64,000 nt of DNA from assembly GCA_963696385.1 (NCBI GenBank), contig CAVOKF010000005.1, positions 288,001-352,000 of the forward strand. Direction: 5' to 3'. The DNA is from an uncultured delta proteobacterium. Lineage in GTDB: Bacteria; Myxococcota_A; Polyangia; Polyangiales; Polyangiaceae. The notes beneath the pieces were generated by a model, which was given only the letters and a program-made list of their open reading frames with translations, did not search any database and was not told the origin of the DNA. A program made the translations under genes and the position numbers. This document shows, piece by piece, positions 50,204 to 60,307 of the stretch (the stretch's first letter is position 1; every line of letters starts with the position of its first letter).

Positions 50204-53200
50204 TCGAGCACCGCCGCCCAGGAATTGATGAGCGTCGGCGCCACCGGCGTCGGGAGCGAAACGGAATACGGGTTCGCATTCAGCCCGCCGGCTCCCGGCA
50301 CGCCGCCGACCAGCGCGACGAGTGAGAATTGCCCCGCGGTGAAGCTCGTCGTGGCCTGGTGGGTGACGCCGGCCACGTACGAGTCCTGTACGGTAGAGAA
50401 CGTTCCGCACGCGGGAGTCGCTTGAACGGCCACCCCGGGGACCACTCGGCCGGGGAACGTCGCGCCGACGTCGATGTAGCCGTTGGTCGCGTTCAATACG
50501 AAGAGGCCTCCGTTCTCGCGGCAGGAGGCGGGGTTGGCGGTGCACGGCGTCGTCGTTCCCGAGGGCTCGTAGGGGGTGTTGAAATTGAGTCCCCAGAGCC
50601 GGGCATCGCCGCTCGTGCAGGAGAGATTGGCCGGGCTGCCCGCGTAGTAAGTCGAAAAGTAGAGCGTGTTGTTGAAAACCGTCATCGGACCCGACACGCG
50701 CTCGCCCTGCCGTAACGGCGAGGGAGACGACGACGCGCCAAGAAACCAGTTGACGTTTGCGCCGAGCGCCAGGGTGCCTGTGCCCTGGACCTGCTCGGTG
50801 ACCGAGTACACGAAGTAGGTGCCGTTGTTGTCGAATGTCTCCGTCGTCCCGGTCGCGGCGTTCATGACCACGTCTCCCAGCGGATCGACCGACAGGATGG
50901 GCGTGACCTCGAACGGTTGGCCATCTTGCCACGAGGTGCTGCTCAGATCGGCGGTCGCGTTGTAGAAGTCGAGATAGACGGTACCGACCCAATTGGCGGG
51001 AGTCGGGCTGGACACGTCGAACCTCCACATCGTTCCGTCCGCATCGCCGACGAAGAACTTGGTCGCGTCGGCCCCGACATCGCTCGGGTACACGACGGGA
51101 GTGCCGGTCATCGGCGAATCGAGCGGCGTCGGCGTGATCCGACTTCTCGCGACGAGCGTGTCGCCGGTGTAACTCGCGTAATCGACCGTCGGGGCGAAAA
51201 CCCGCAGGATTTCGCCGGTATCCAGTCGCACGATGGCCACGGAGCGTCCAAGGACGGGGTCGTTGGGCTTCAGGTTGGCCCCCCAACAGCGCACGGATCC
51301 ACGCGTCGCATATCCGCTCGTCGGGGTCGAGTAGTTGGCCGCGGTCTTCGCTTGCCGTGTGCAGGACGCGGTCGACGCGGGCGGCCCGTTCCAGCCTCCG
51401 GGCAGAATGGCGACTCCGATGTCTCGGGCGCCGTTTCCGTCCCCGGGGTCCATGAACAGCGTCGTGACGGCCGGGGTGCCTGAAAGATTGCCGAAGATCG
51501 GGTAGTTCCCGCTCGGCATCGTCGTGAGTTGCCAGCGGAACACCGGCCCCGATGCGGGAAGCTGCCCAGAGGTCGTCGTGCCCGCGGGCGGGGGACACGG
51601 GTCCGTCACGTCGACGGCGTAATACCCACGCTGGTAGGGGCCGTATCCCGCCGCGAGGGTCGTGTGCCAGGCGCTCCCGGTATTGCTCGTCGCGGACGAC
51701 GCCGTGCGGTCCCAAACCACGTCCTTCACGATCGGCGAACCGTCGAGCAGAAACTGATGACTCGACGGGTACGTCGACAGCAAATTCTGCATGGTGTCGG
51801 GCATGAGCATCGCCCACTGCTCGTTGTTCTCCTCGGTAACTTCGTCGGCCCAAAACGCATGCAAGAGGCCGTCATTGGTCGCGACGTAAACCGTGGTCGG
51901 CCGCGGCGAGATGGACGAGGTCGACGTTCCGCACTTCACGTTGTTGCTCCAGCGCGCCTGAAAGGCCTCGTACGAAGGGTCCTGCAAGAGCGACTCCGGT
52001 GGGCCCACGACGGCAGGTGAAGCGTGGTAGACGTCGGCGAAGGCGTTTCCGTACCGAGACGTGAACGTGAAATTCGACGGCCCGTTGAACGACGCCGCGG
52101 GCTGAGCAAATGTGAAGTCGAGCGTCATGTTCAGACATTGCGCCGGCGTCAGGTACTGCGTTCCGAGGGCGTTGTTCGGGGTGTATGGGCAGCCGAGCGG
52201 CGACCCGGTCGTGGCGATTCCGTTGACCGCGCCCGGCGTGATCTGCGAAACGACGTTCGACGCATTTCCGGCGTAGGTCGTAACGCCATAAGTCACCGCA
52301 CCGTCGGGGGGCGGCGAAGCGATGAACGGTCGGATGCTCGCCCAAGCCGTTCCGCCGCTCGCCAGGTTCGGCTCGAACGCGATGAACGTCCGCGACGGTC
52401 CGAGAGTCGAGTTGAGGTTGTCGGCGAAGTCGTCTCCGGCCTGTGGATTGAAAGTCGGAGAGCTGGATGCCGACGACGACGTCGACCCGGAAGGCAATGC
52501 AGACGACGACGACGAACCGCAATAAAAGCGCGAGCGCTGCACGTCGCCGGACCATGCCTGACCGGGTGAAGGGGAAAACGAAGCGTAGAAGATTTCCTGA
52601 TTCGGCGTGCTGGCGGTCGACAGAACGTTCGTGATGACGGGCGAATACGCCGGCACGGTGCGGGTGGTCGCTTGCTTCGCGATGTTCGCCAAGATCGATC
52701 CGAGCGCATTCTGCAGGTCGCCCGGGCTATCCGCGAAATACGCCTGACCGCTGCCTCCCGCCAGTGCGATCTCCTGAAGCTGACAGCACGGGTAGTACGA
52801 ATCGGTCGGCACCGCCGTGAGGCACATCGACGCGAGCTGGCCGCCACTGACCAGGCTCGAGCAAGCGCTTGTCGTACCCCCAGTGCCCTCGTACGTCGAT
52901 ACCGCGAATCCGATGACGTACGTCGTCACGAACTGATTCGCGCCCGAAGGCTTCCCGCCATTGTAGAGATTGCCGGCGATGGTTTGTGGTGTCGCAAACG
53001 GGCAAACCCCCGCGGGACTCCCGGCCGATGCGGCGGCCGCGCAATCTGGCCGCATGTCCTCGTTCGGCGCGCCGTCGGTGAGGATGATGATGTATTCCTG
53101 GCGGCAATTGCCGCTGACGAAAACGTCGGTCTGCTGAGGTCCCGCGGGATCCGTCCAGAAGTAGTATTGCGCGCCCGTCAGCATTCCCGCCATTGGCGTG

Positions 53201-54177
53201 CCGCCGTAGGGTCGCGACGACCGAATGACGTCTTCGATGTTGGAGTTATTCTGCTCTTGCGTTGCAATGTCGGTTGTCGCCGGGAATGCAACCATGCGCC
53301 CCTCCCAAGGGGGCGCGGCCGAATTGCGCGCGCCGACCGCCATCATCGTGGACGTGGAGCAGTTGGCCGGGTTGCCGGCATAGGGACACGTCGCGTTGGT
53401 GGTCCACCCCGGATAGTAGCTCCACATTCCGACGTACGGGGCCGGCGCGACGAGCAGATTCGACCCGCTGGGCACGACCCCGGTCGCCGGGCTCGGATCG
53501 TTGTCGAACATCATCAGACCGAACCGCATCAGGTTGGTCATCGTGTTGACGGCGCCGTTGGTCAGCTGCGAAAACTGGCACGTCGACGTGACCGTGTTGA
53601 GAGAACCGTAGGGGCGGGCGATGACGTCGCCGCTCACGAACGAGTTGGCGCTGACGGTCGTTCCGGTCGCATTCCGCGTCGGCCCGACTCCCTGACCGAT
53701 CGCAGCTCCTGCGAGCACGCCGGGCGCGATGTCACAAGCGACGCTCGGCGTCACGGTCGTGTCCTGCGCGATCATGCGATGAAACGGCAGGTAATAGTTG
53801 ACGTCGTAGGGCACGATGCCGTTGATGGAATACTCTTGGGCGAACACGCTGGATGGCGTTCGCGGCATGGCCGCGCAGTTGTAGCCGTTGGTGAGCTGCC
53901 CGGTCAGGGCCTGCAGCAAGACGCCCCACCGGTTCGGCGAGGCGGGCGCCTGACTCCAGACGCAAGTCCCGAGAACGGGATCGCAGTTGCACGTATTCGC
54001 CGGAGTCGCTTCCGGAAGCGAACTGTCGATCATGCGCTCCATGGATCCGGAATTGTCGATGAGCAGCAACACGTTTGGCACCGGTGGGTTGGTGTCGATC
54101 TGCTGTGCCCACGCGCTCGCCGGCCAAGCCAGCGCGGCTGCGGCCACGGCCCACCATCCAACCATTCGCATCCTCAT
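50200..54177 (-). CDS. pilY1: Type IV pilus tip adhesin PilY1 (vWA + beta-propeller)
   Basis: Signal peptide, MIDAS-like IDNSGSM, IILTDG, DVYHASP, VYVATNDGLLHAF, DGSP, FVGDADGTMWRFD. Confidence 0.9.
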   Translation of the reverse strand: MRMRMVGWWAVAAAALAWPASAWAQQIDTNPPVPNVLLLIDNSGSMERMIDSSLPEATPANTCNCDPVLGTCVWSQAPASPNRWGVLLQALTGQLTNGYNCAAMPRTPSSVFAQEYSINGIVPYDVNYYLPFHRMIAQDTTVTPSVACDIAPGVLAGAAIGQGVGPTRNATGTTVSANSFVSGDVIARPYGSLNTVTSTCQFSQLTNGAVNTMTNLMRFGLMMFDNDPSPATGVVPSGSNLLVAPAPYVGMWSYYPGWTTNATCPYAGNPANCSTSTMMAVGARNSAAPPWEGRMVAFPATTDIATQEQNNSNIEDVIRSSRPYGGTPMAGMLTGAQYYFWTDPAGPQQTDVFVSGNCRQEYIIILTDGAPNEDMRPDCAAAASAGSPAGVCPFATPQTIAGNLYNGGKPSGANQFVTTYVIGFAVSTYEGTGGTTSACSSLVSGGQLASMCLTAVPTDSYYPCCQLQEIALAGGSGQAYFADSPGDLQNALGSILANIAKQATTRTVPAYSPVITNVLSTASTPNQEIFYASFSPSPGQAWSGDVQRSRFYCGSSSSSALPSGSTSSSASSSPTFNPQAGDDFADNLNSTLGPSRTFIAFEPNLASGGTAWASIRPFIASPPPDGAVTYGVTTYAGNASNVVSQITPGAVNGIATTGSPLGCPYTPNNALGTQYLTPAQCLNMTLDFTFAQPAASFNGPSNFTFTSRYGNAFADVYHASPAVVGPPESLLQDPSYEAFQARWSNNVKCGTSTSSISPRPTTVYVATNDGLLHAFWADEVTEENNEQWAMLMPDTMQNLLSTYPSSHQFLLDGSPIVKDVVWDRTASSATSNTGSAWHTTLAAGYGPYQRGYYAVDVTDPCPPPAGTTTSGQLPASGPVFRWQLTTMPSGNYPIFGNLSGTPAVTTLFMDPGDGNGARDIGVAILPGGWNGPPASTASCTRQAKTAANYSTPTSGYATRGSVRCWGANLKPNDPVLGRSVAIVRLDTGEILRVFAPTVDYASYTGDTLVARSRITPTPLDSPMTGTPVVYPSDVGADATKFFVGDADGTMWRFDVSSPTPANWVGTVYLDFYNATADLSSTSWQDGQPFEVTPILSVDPLGDVVMNAATGTTETFDNNGTYFVYSVTEQVQGTGTLALGANVNWFLGASSSPSPLRQGERVSGPMTVFNNTLYFSTYYAGSPANLSCTSGDARLWGLNFNTPYEPSGTTTPCTANPASCRENGGLFVLNATNGYIDVGATFPGRVVPGVAVQATPACGTFSTVQDSYVAGVTHQATTSFTAGQFSLVALVGGVPGAGGLNANPYSVSLPTPVAPTLINSWAAVLE

Positions 54178-54189
54178 CGTCGCCCCTCT

Positions 54190-54268
54190 CTACCGCTTAC
54201 TTGGGAATACAGATCTTTGGACTACCGATCGCTCTGGACGACCACTTTGGACTACCGCTTACTTTGGG
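54190..54268. repeat. Five imperfect 13-17 bp tandem units at the pilX-pilY1 junction
   Basis: CTACCGCTTACTTGGGA | ATACAGATCTTTGGA | CTACCGATCGCTCTGGA | CGACCACTTTGGA | CTACCGCTTACTTTGGG. Confidence 0.7.
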
Positions 54269-54936
54269 CATTGGATCGGGCCTGCGACGAGGCGAGCCCG
54301 CTGCATCTCGAGACCTTCGCCTCCGAACACGGCAGGGGCTCCTAGGGAAGCCGAATATTGGGGTTGCACGATCCCGACGGACGTCGCTGTCATCTGAATG
54401 AAGCAGAACTGCAAATTCAGCGCGTATCCTGACGGCGCGTTGGCGGTCGTCGGGGCCGTGAATTCCACGTAGAAGTCCGCCTTCAACGGCGTCGGGCCGA
54501 GGCTCCCGGGGGCACCGGCGTAGGGTGTCGCGAAGTTGTAGGAATCGGTCGGGTTCGATGCCCAGGCCGAGCCGGTCGAAAGCTCCGTAGCGCCCATCCG
54601 GCGGCAGGCTTCCGACTGGGGGCTCCCGCCGGCTGGAACACCCTGCAACGACACGCAATGGACGTCCGGCTGCGAAAGCATGAGGCCAAGGTAAAATTGG
54701 GCCTTCGTGGACGCCATTTCCTGGGCCGACGCGATGACGCCATACTCCGAGAGGTAGTGCGCTTGCGTATTCTGTCGCTCGTTGCCGCTCGTCTTGAGTT
54801 CGTTCGACGCTGTGGCGAGCGCATAGACGCCGACGGATGCGAGCACGGCGAGCGTCATGGCCACGATGAACATCGCCGCGCCGGCTTGGCGCCGCCGGTG
54901 AGACGATCGCGACTTGGCCAGGGTGAGGGCATGCAT
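54259..54936 (-). CDS. pilX: Minor pilin PilX-like
   Basis: RRRQAG|AAMFIVAMTL class III signal lacking Glu5; position between pilW and pilY1. Confidence 0.75.
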   Translation of the reverse strand: MHALTLAKSRSSHRRRQAGAAMFIVAMTLAVLASVGVYALATASNELKTSGNERQNTQAHYLSEYGVIASAQEMASTKAQFYLGLMLSQPDVHCVSLQGVPAGGSPQSEACRRMGATELSTGSAWASNPTDSYNFATPYAGAPGSLGPTPLKADFYVEFTAPTTANAPSGYALNLQFCFIQMTATSVGIVQPQYSASLGAPAVFGGEGLEMQRARLVAGPIQCPK

Positions 54937-56333
54937 CAGTAGAAATTCGTCGCTTGGTTGGGCAGCGACACCTCTGTGGTGACCGTCCGGACGCGCGCCC
55001 ACGCGAGCGCATTCGCGGCCGGGGTGGGGCATTGCAAGACGCAGTAGCGGTACATGAAGTTTTCCGTAGGGTACGAAGGCACCGGGGCGATGGTGAGCGT
55101 CCGATCCGCTTGTGCGGTCCGCGTGGCGACGCGGGCATACACCGAGCGTATGCGTTGCGGGGTCGCAGTCGCGTTGTTGACCCGCGCTGCGACCGGATCG
55201 TTGCTCGTGCTGTCGAACGCATACGTGACGATCCGCGGCGTCGCGGCGATCACGCTGGTATCGACGGAGAAGGCGAACCCCAGGTCGACGGCGTACTCGG
55301 CCACGATCTCGCTCGTCGCCGGAACGATGTTGCCGAACGCGTCGAGATACGAGCGCATCAGATCGTATTTGGTAGGGTCGGTGCCCCCGTCCGATGTGGT
55401 TTCAAGGCCATTGACGAATTGAGCCGGCTCCGGGTCAACCGTCGAGCTGCTCGCGGTGATTTCCCACCGCACGATTTGCACGGGGTTGACCCACGCTCGA
55501 CCGGCCGCGTACCCGCTCAAGCCGCTCACCGTGCCCGTGGTTTGGGCGCTCCGGAGAGGCGTCATGCCGCCCGCTGCGGCATCGACGCTGACGTAGGGCT
55601 GGCCCGAGACGACGCCGGCAGCCGCTCCGTTCCGGCACGTTGCGAGGTATTGCGAGCGCCCCGAGTCGTCGACCAACCGGACGATGAACTGCGCGACGCC
55701 CGCCGGGTCAGGCTGGAAAATGTTTGCGAGCTCGGTGGTCCCCGCGTCTCCGTTGCCCATGACGCGGTACATGGCCGGAGAGGTAGGCGACAGGTAGATG
55801 TTCAGGCACGTTCCGGTCGCCGTTTGCGCGATGTAAGCGACGTCGAACGTGTCTGGCGACGTCATGTTGCCGGCGATGTCGATGAGATCCGGCGAGAGGG
55901 TACCGGGACCCACGGCCGACGCATTGGCGAGATTGCCCAGGGATCCTCCGTCGGATAAGTAGATCGACGCAAGAGTCTGGAGGCCGCCCATCCCGATCGG
56001 CTTGGTGCTGGCGGGTGCCGTCGATGCCACATGAGCCCCTCCGGGGGGGGCCGCGATCTGCGGGTCCGCCAAGATGTTGCCGGTGCTCATGAACCCGGCC
56101 CGCTGCAGATCGGCCCGCAACCGATCGACGGCCGCTCGCAGCGAAGCTTCGGCGACCGACACTCGAGCCTCTTCGTGGAACGTGTTGGTGGCCTCACGCG
56201 ATAGAGAGACGATACCCGCAGCGACCAGGAGTCCGGCCAAGAGCGCGACGGTGAGCTCGACCATCGTAAAGCCCGACTGGCGGTGCCTCAGGACGAGTCT
56301 CGACCGGCGACGGCCCCAACCCGGGTCGATCAT
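54936..56333 (-). CDS. pilW: Minor pilin PilW-like
   Basis: RQSG|FTMVELTVAL; DLQRAGF motif. Confidence 0.82.
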   Translation of the reverse strand: MIDPGWGRRRSRLVLRHRQSGFTMVELTVALLAGLLVAAGIVSLSREATNTFHEEARVSVAEASLRAAVDRLRADLQRAGFMSTGNILADPQIAAPPGGAHVASTAPASTKPIGMGGLQTLASIYLSDGGSLGNLANASAVGPGTLSPDLIDIAGNMTSPDTFDVAYIAQTATGTCLNIYLSPTSPAMYRVMGNGDAGTTELANIFQPDPAGVAQFIVRLVDDSGRSQYLATCRNGAAAGVVSGQPYVSVDAAAGGMTPLRSAQTTGTVSGLSGYAAGRAWVNPVQIVRWEITASSSTVDPEPAQFVNGLETTSDGGTDPTKYDLMRSYLDAFGNIVPATSEIVAEYAVDLGFAFSVDTSVIAATPRIVTYAFDSTSNDPVAARVNNATATPQRIRSVYARVATRTAQADRTLTIAPVPSYPTENFMYRYCVLQCPTPAANALAWARVRTVTTEVSLPNQATNFY

Positions 56334-56950
56334 GGATTCTCCCGGATGGCGGTGCTCACGTAGATCGCGCGGTACGCCGGAGCCCCGTAGTTCGTCATGC
56401 TGTTCGAGTTGGGGTCCGCTGATGTCATGTCGGTATTCTGAGGGCTGCAGAACGGCGCGGGGTTCGCTCCGCTGGTGCCGAGCCCGCCCAGCCATAAGAC
56501 GCGCACGTCGGCGCGCAGCAACTGATTGGGCACCAGGGTGGACACGCGCACGTTCACGCAGAATATCGCAAAGGACGGGACGTCTCCTGCGGCCAGGTCT
56601 CGGCCTAGGATGTCGAATCCGTAGCTCTGCGGAGGGGTAAAACCGGCGTAAGCCGTCGGAACGTACCAGACCGCGCCGACGTTGTTGGCGAAGAGCAGTG
56701 CATTGCTCATGTTGCTTGGGGCGTTCGCAAGGGCGGGGCCCGGCAACGTCCATTGCATCGCGTCGCGCTCCAGCCGCTCCACCCACGTGCGCGCGATCGA
56801 ATTGGCGACGTCCATTTTCCGTGCATCGAGATCCCCCTGCATCGTCGCCTTTTGCATGCTCATCACGGCGGCCGCGCCGATCGCCGCGACGGTCATGGCG
56901 AGCAGCACCTCGATGGCCGTGTACCCGCGCGCTCCGGATCGGTTGGCCAC
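56330..56950 (-). CDS. pilV: Minor pilin PilV-like
   Basis: ARG|YTAIEVLLAM; GAGGA RBS before GTG. Confidence 0.8.
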   Translation of the reverse strand: MANRSGARGYTAIEVLLAMTVAAIGAAAVMSMQKATMQGDLDARKMDVANSIARTWVERLERDAMQWTLPGPALANAPSNMSNALLFANNVGAVWYVPTAYAGFTPPQSYGFDILGRDLAAGDVPSFAIFCVNVRVSTLVPNQLLRADVRVLWLGGLGTSGANPAPFCSPQNTDMTSADPNSNSMTNYGAPAYRAIYVSTAIRENP

Positions 56951-56961
56951 CGGTCGTCCTC

Positions 56962-57726
56962 TCAGTGTCCCTGCGAAAAGAGCCGTGGCATCCCATTCGG
57001 AACCACGAGCACATGGCGGATTGTGGCGCCCGTCGGGCCGCGGCTCACCTGTGCGTCCACCAGGCTCGTGTTCGGCGATAGGCCGTTGAACACCGGCATT
57101 TGCCATGTGAAGCCGGACTGCCCCGGCATGAGCAAGTACGATCGCCCGAGAGGTGTGAAGCACACGAGCAACTGCGTGAATGCCGTGCCTGTCGAGCTTG
57201 CGAGATTGCCTTGGATCGCCGGGCCGAAGACGTCGAGCGTCGTCACGACGTTTGCGTCGGATTCGGGCGCTCCGTTGAGGTTGACCCCGTCGATGAGCAG
57301 CGTGACGTTTGCAACGCCGACGGTCGCAGCGACCGCCGTGTTCCACACCGTAGGCGATTTGCACGCTGGAGTGGGCGTTTGATACGTCGTCGTGCCGGTT
57401 CCCGCGTTCTGCGCGTCCGCCTCGTAGAGCATGAACGTTCCCCGATCCGCCGCGCCGTTCGCGGACATGCTCACGAGCGTGGCCCCCCCGCGTGCGACCG
57501 CGCGAAGCCTCGCCTCTCGGAAGAGCTGCATGATGGCCCCGGCATCCTGGTACGCGGTGCGATCGTAGGTTCCGATCCGCATCGAGGGGATGGCGAGAAC
57601 GGCGATGATGCCGATGATGATGACTACGACCATGAGCTCGATCAGCGTGAAGCCGCGTCGAGACGCACGCTCCGCCAACCGTCTTCGACGGGAGGATCCC
57701 GTGGTCGAATCGAGCCGTTTGCACAT
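56962..57726 (-). CDS. fimU: Minor pilin FimU/FimT-like
   Basis: RRG|FTLIELMVVVIIIGIIAVLAIP; 'EARLRAVARG'. Confidence 0.8.
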   Translation of the reverse strand: MCKRLDSTTGSSRRRRLAERASRRGFTLIELMVVVIIIGIIAVLAIPSMRIGTYDRTAYQDAGAIMQLFREARLRAVARGGATLVSMSANGAADRGTFMLYEADAQNAGTGTTTYQTPTPACKSPTVWNTAVAATVGVANVTLLIDGVNLNGAPESDANVVTTLDVFGPAIQGNLASSTGTAFTQLLVCFTPLGRSYLLMPGQSGFTWQMPVFNGLSPNTSLVDAQVSRGPTGATIRHVLVVPNGMPRLFSQGH

Positions 57727-57750
57727 GGGTTTGCCGCGAGGACCCACAGC

Positions 57751-57766
57751 AGCAAGCCACGTGCCC
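57751..57766 (-). promoter_or_regulatory. Sigma54 promoter of the minor-pilin operon
   Basis: Minus strand GGGCACGTGGCTTGCT, a close match to the TGGCACG-N4-TTGC consensus, 24 nt before the fimU ATG. Confidence 0.7.
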
Positions 57767-57917
57767 CCGTTCAACTCGGTCCGGTTTGCGAAAAAAGCCC
57801 GCTTCGCGGCGTGCGTTCGCGCGCGCCGGTCCAGCAACGATTTCAACCCCCCGCAAAAGGTGCGGACCGGCGGTCGCGCGTGCTACCACGGGCGCGCCTT
57901 TCCTACCCCCGCTCCAT

Positions 57918-59032
57918 ATGCTGCCGAAATCCGCCCCGCTATTCGTTCTTCTCTTCCCGATCAGTCTGGCGCTCTCGTGCAGCAAGAGCGACGAGGGGCG
58001 AAACGGTCCTCCCCCGCCCCCCCCCCAGCCGCCACGTCGCACGGCGACGTGTGCGCGGGCGGCGGGGGTCAAGACACCGACTCGATTAGCGCTCCATTCC
58101 TCCCTCGCGTCGTCGGCGGTTACTGCCTCGACCCGCAGAGTGAGCCGAAGACCTACGGAGACAAGGGCAAGCTCTCGATGGACGAGGTGTGCACGACGGC
58201 ATTTGACGGCGAATGCGAAGTCTACAAGCGGTTTGGGCTCGATCGGGTCGTTGTCCTTCGATACGTGGATACGAGCGGGGCGCCGAACAGCGTTGAAGTG
58301 AATCTGTCGCGCTTCGCCACCCCCGAGGGGGCGTACGCCATGTTCACGAAACGCGTGGTCGCCGACGGCGATCCGGCGCGCGCGTCGGTCAAGTCGTTCG
58401 ACGCGGGGGCCTTGGCGGCTGAGAGCAGCAGCAACGCGTACGTCTGGCGAGGACCTTACATGGTTGAGCTCACGTTCGTGACGGAAGACACGAAGATGAC
58501 GCCGGAGGGCATGGCGAAGGCCAATGAACAATCGACCGGAGCGATAGCCCGCGACATCGGCGGCCGTTTGCCCGGTCCCCTGAACCCACCGGTCGCGGCA
58601 GCGACCTTGCCGACGGCATCTCGCATCCCGCTCGGCGTCGCATACCACCCGAAAGACGCACTCGGTTTGACGTCGATCGGTCCTCTGGCGATCGGCTACT
58701 ACGCCGACGGCGACAAGCGCTGGCGCGACGTCGCGATTGTGCGCAGCGACGTGGACGGTGCGAAAGAAGCATTCCGCGCATTCAAGCTGAGGCCCGGAAG
58801 TGTCCCGGTGAAGGCGTTGGCCGACGAAGCCGTACAGGTCGTGCTTCAGGAGGCTCCGGATCGCGCAAAGGCCGAATACATCGTGGCACGCAAAGGCACG
58901 TGGGTCGCTGCGGTGGGCGATGAAGAGCTGGTCCTCGATCCCGCTATGCCGGCGGACAAGATCGCTTCCCTCAAGCTGACGCGAGACGAAAAGCTGCACA
59001 AGCTCGTCGCATGGCTTTCTGAGCCGCGGTGA
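57918..59032 (+). CDS. Hypothetical lipoprotein; frameshifted in a C10 run at 58017-58026
   Basis: Signal/lipobox MLPKSAPLFVLLFPISLALSC is in one frame and the body (PAATSHGDVC...) in another; one extra C joins them. Confidence 0.75.
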
Positions 59033-59133
59033 AGGGCGGGGGCCGTCGCGTGGGACCGGGCCGGGGCGCGGGGAGCGACACAGCGAACCAAATCTTTGAA
59101 GCGCCGCCGACGTGACCTACTTCGGTCGTTCTC

Positions 59134-60306
59134 CTACGCGCGGATCGCCTTGAGCGGTGATGTTCGAGCCGCCCGAATCGCCGGCAGAAAGCCTCCCAAG
59201 AGCCCCATGCCGCAGGCGAAGACCAACGCTGTGGCGATCACGCGCGGCGTCGGATCGAACGAGAATACGATCTCCGACCAGCTCGAGAAGTTGACCATGG
59301 AGAAGCGCACGAATCCCATCCCCAGCGACGCGATCGTTCCGACCGCGCCGCCCGCCGCCGCAAGCAGTACCGACTCGAGGAGAAACGAGGTCAGAATGCT
59401 CGTGCGGGAGAAGCCGAGCGCCCTAAGGGTTCCGATCTCTCGCTGTCGGTTTGCGACGGCTGCGTACATGGTGATCGTGGCGCCGATCATCGCTCCGATG
59501 GCGAAAAATATCGCGACGGCATCGCCCAGCGCGCCGACGAAGGTGGCGGTTCCTTCCGACAGCTTCTCGTAGAACGCGGTTTCGCGCACGGCTTGCAGTC
59601 CCAACCGCTTGTCGTTTTCGACCTCGGCGCGGAACGCGTCGAATTCCGCCGGCGACTCGAGTTGGACACGAACGCTGGAAACGACCCCTTCGCGGTGGTA
59701 CGCCTGTCGCAAGACTTCGCGGTCGACCCACACTTCGGACTCGTACGACGAGCCGTCCGCTTCGAAGACCCCGACCACCCTCACGGGGCGGTTTTTTCGC
59801 AGCTCGAACGTTCGGTCGAGTTCGAGGCTGCGGATGCGACCTCGAATGCGGGCACCGATGAGCGCTTCGTCGCTGCCCGGACGAGGCGGGCGGCCCGCGA
59901 CGATGTGAACCTCGGGTCGTAGCCGCATGGCCGCATCGTCGACGCCTCGGATCGCTACGTTGGTCACGCCGGTCGTTCCGAGCTTGTCCATCGCCGCCAC
60001 CACGACAATCTCGCCGGCGCCAATCGGCTGTCCCCGATCGTCCTTGCGAACGCCCGGAGCCGCGAGGATGAGCGGCACGGTCGATTCATCGATGACGCTT
60101 CCGAGTTCGGCGTCCGTGCCCAGGCGAAGCACGATCGCGTTGTCGGCCCGGCCGGAGCTTCCAAGCGTTTTCTTGATCCCGGCCGAAAGCATCAGCGACG
60201 ACGCGAGCACGAAGACGACGAGCGCGATGCCGAACGCCGTGGCGAACGTGGTCGCCCGACGCACGACGAGGCTGCGGACGTTGTAGCGAAGCGGAATCAT
60301 CGCCAT
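59134..60306 (-). CDS. ABC transporter permease (FtsX/MacB-like)
   Basis: YNVRSLVVRR, RQREIGTLRALGF, PAIRAAR. Confidence 0.92.
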   Translation of the reverse strand: MAMIPLRYNVRSLVVRRATTFATAFGIALVVFVLASSLMLSAGIKKTLGSSGRADNAIVLRLGTDAELGSVIDESTVPLILAAPGVRKDDRGQPIGAGEIVVVAAMDKLGTTGVTNVAIRGVDDAAMRLRPEVHIVAGRPPRPGSDEALIGARIRGRIRSLELDRTFELRKNRPVRVVGVFEADGSSYESEVWVDREVLRQAYHREGVVSSVRVQLESPAEFDAFRAEVENDKRLGLQAVRETAFYEKLSEGTATFVGALGDAVAIFFAIGAMIGATITMYAAVANRQREIGTLRALGFSRTSILTSFLLESVLLAAAGGAVGTIASLGMGFVRFSMVNFSSWSEIVFSFDPTPRVIATALVFACGMGLLGGFLPAIRAARTSPLKAIRA

Positions 60307-60307
60307 C

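Noticed and set aside
54190..54268. Mini-CRISPR interpretation of the repeat
   Set aside because: Units are contiguous, 13-17 bp, have no spacers, and there are no cas genes.
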